From the human T2T-CHM13v2.0 reference genome, Homo sapiens: a DNA stretch of 64,000 bases. Location: assembly GCF_009914755.1 (NCBI RefSeq), contig NC_060925.1. One strand, written 5' to 3'. The position numbers and the translations under genes were made by a program. Below are positions 63,737-64,000 of the stretch, piece by piece. The notes under the pieces were generated by a model. It searched no databases. It was not told where the DNA came from and worked only from the letters and a program-made list of their open reading frames with translations. The first letter of the stretch is position 1. Each line of letters starts with the position of its first letter.

Positions 63737-64000
63737 TTTTTTTAATTTTTTTTTTTTTTTTTTTTTTTTGAGATGGAGTCTCGGTCTGTTGCCCAGGCTG
63801 GAGTGCAGTGGTGTGATCTCGGCTTGCTGCAACCCCTGCCTCCTGGGCTCAAGTGATTCTCGTGCCGCACCCTCCCAAGTAGCTGGGACTACAGGCATGT
63901 TCCACCATGCTAGGCTTTGTATTTTTAGTAGAGATGGAGTTTTGCCATGTTGGCCAGGCTGGTCTTGAACTCCTGGCCTCAGGTGATCTGCCCACCTCGG
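63737..64000 (-). mobile_element. Alu running off the window end
   Basis: PolyT followed by an antisense Alu body. Confidence 0.9.

Overview
Human (primate) euchromatic, Alu-rich intronic DNA from an SRGAP2-family locus transcribed on the minus strand. The only host coding exon is a 193-bp F-BAR exon (31743-31935, -). It encodes Arg73 and Cys79, which best fits the human-specific duplicate SRGAP2B. The rest is intron filled with about 30 Alus, MIR/L2/old L1 fragments, MaLR LTRs, hAT MITEs, a solo LTR12C (27203-29072) and a consensus-identical AluYa5. The most unusual structure is a four-layer nest at ~1410-7680. A MIR is interrupted by an Alu monomer, whose A-tail holds a retrocopy of a short, alternatively terminated RAP1GDS1 (SmgGDS) mRNA with an intact 38-codon ORF. 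That retrocopy is split by a full-length L1PA2-like element retrotransposed from a 5'UTR-spliced RNA (SpIRE 97/622 type). Neither the SRGAP2 exon nor the RAP1GDS1 ORF is in the ORF track. Most tracked ORFs are repeat-derived noise. I found no evidence for a wholly new multi-gene system. Family assignments are from recalled consensus sequences, and coordinates of old repeats are approximate.
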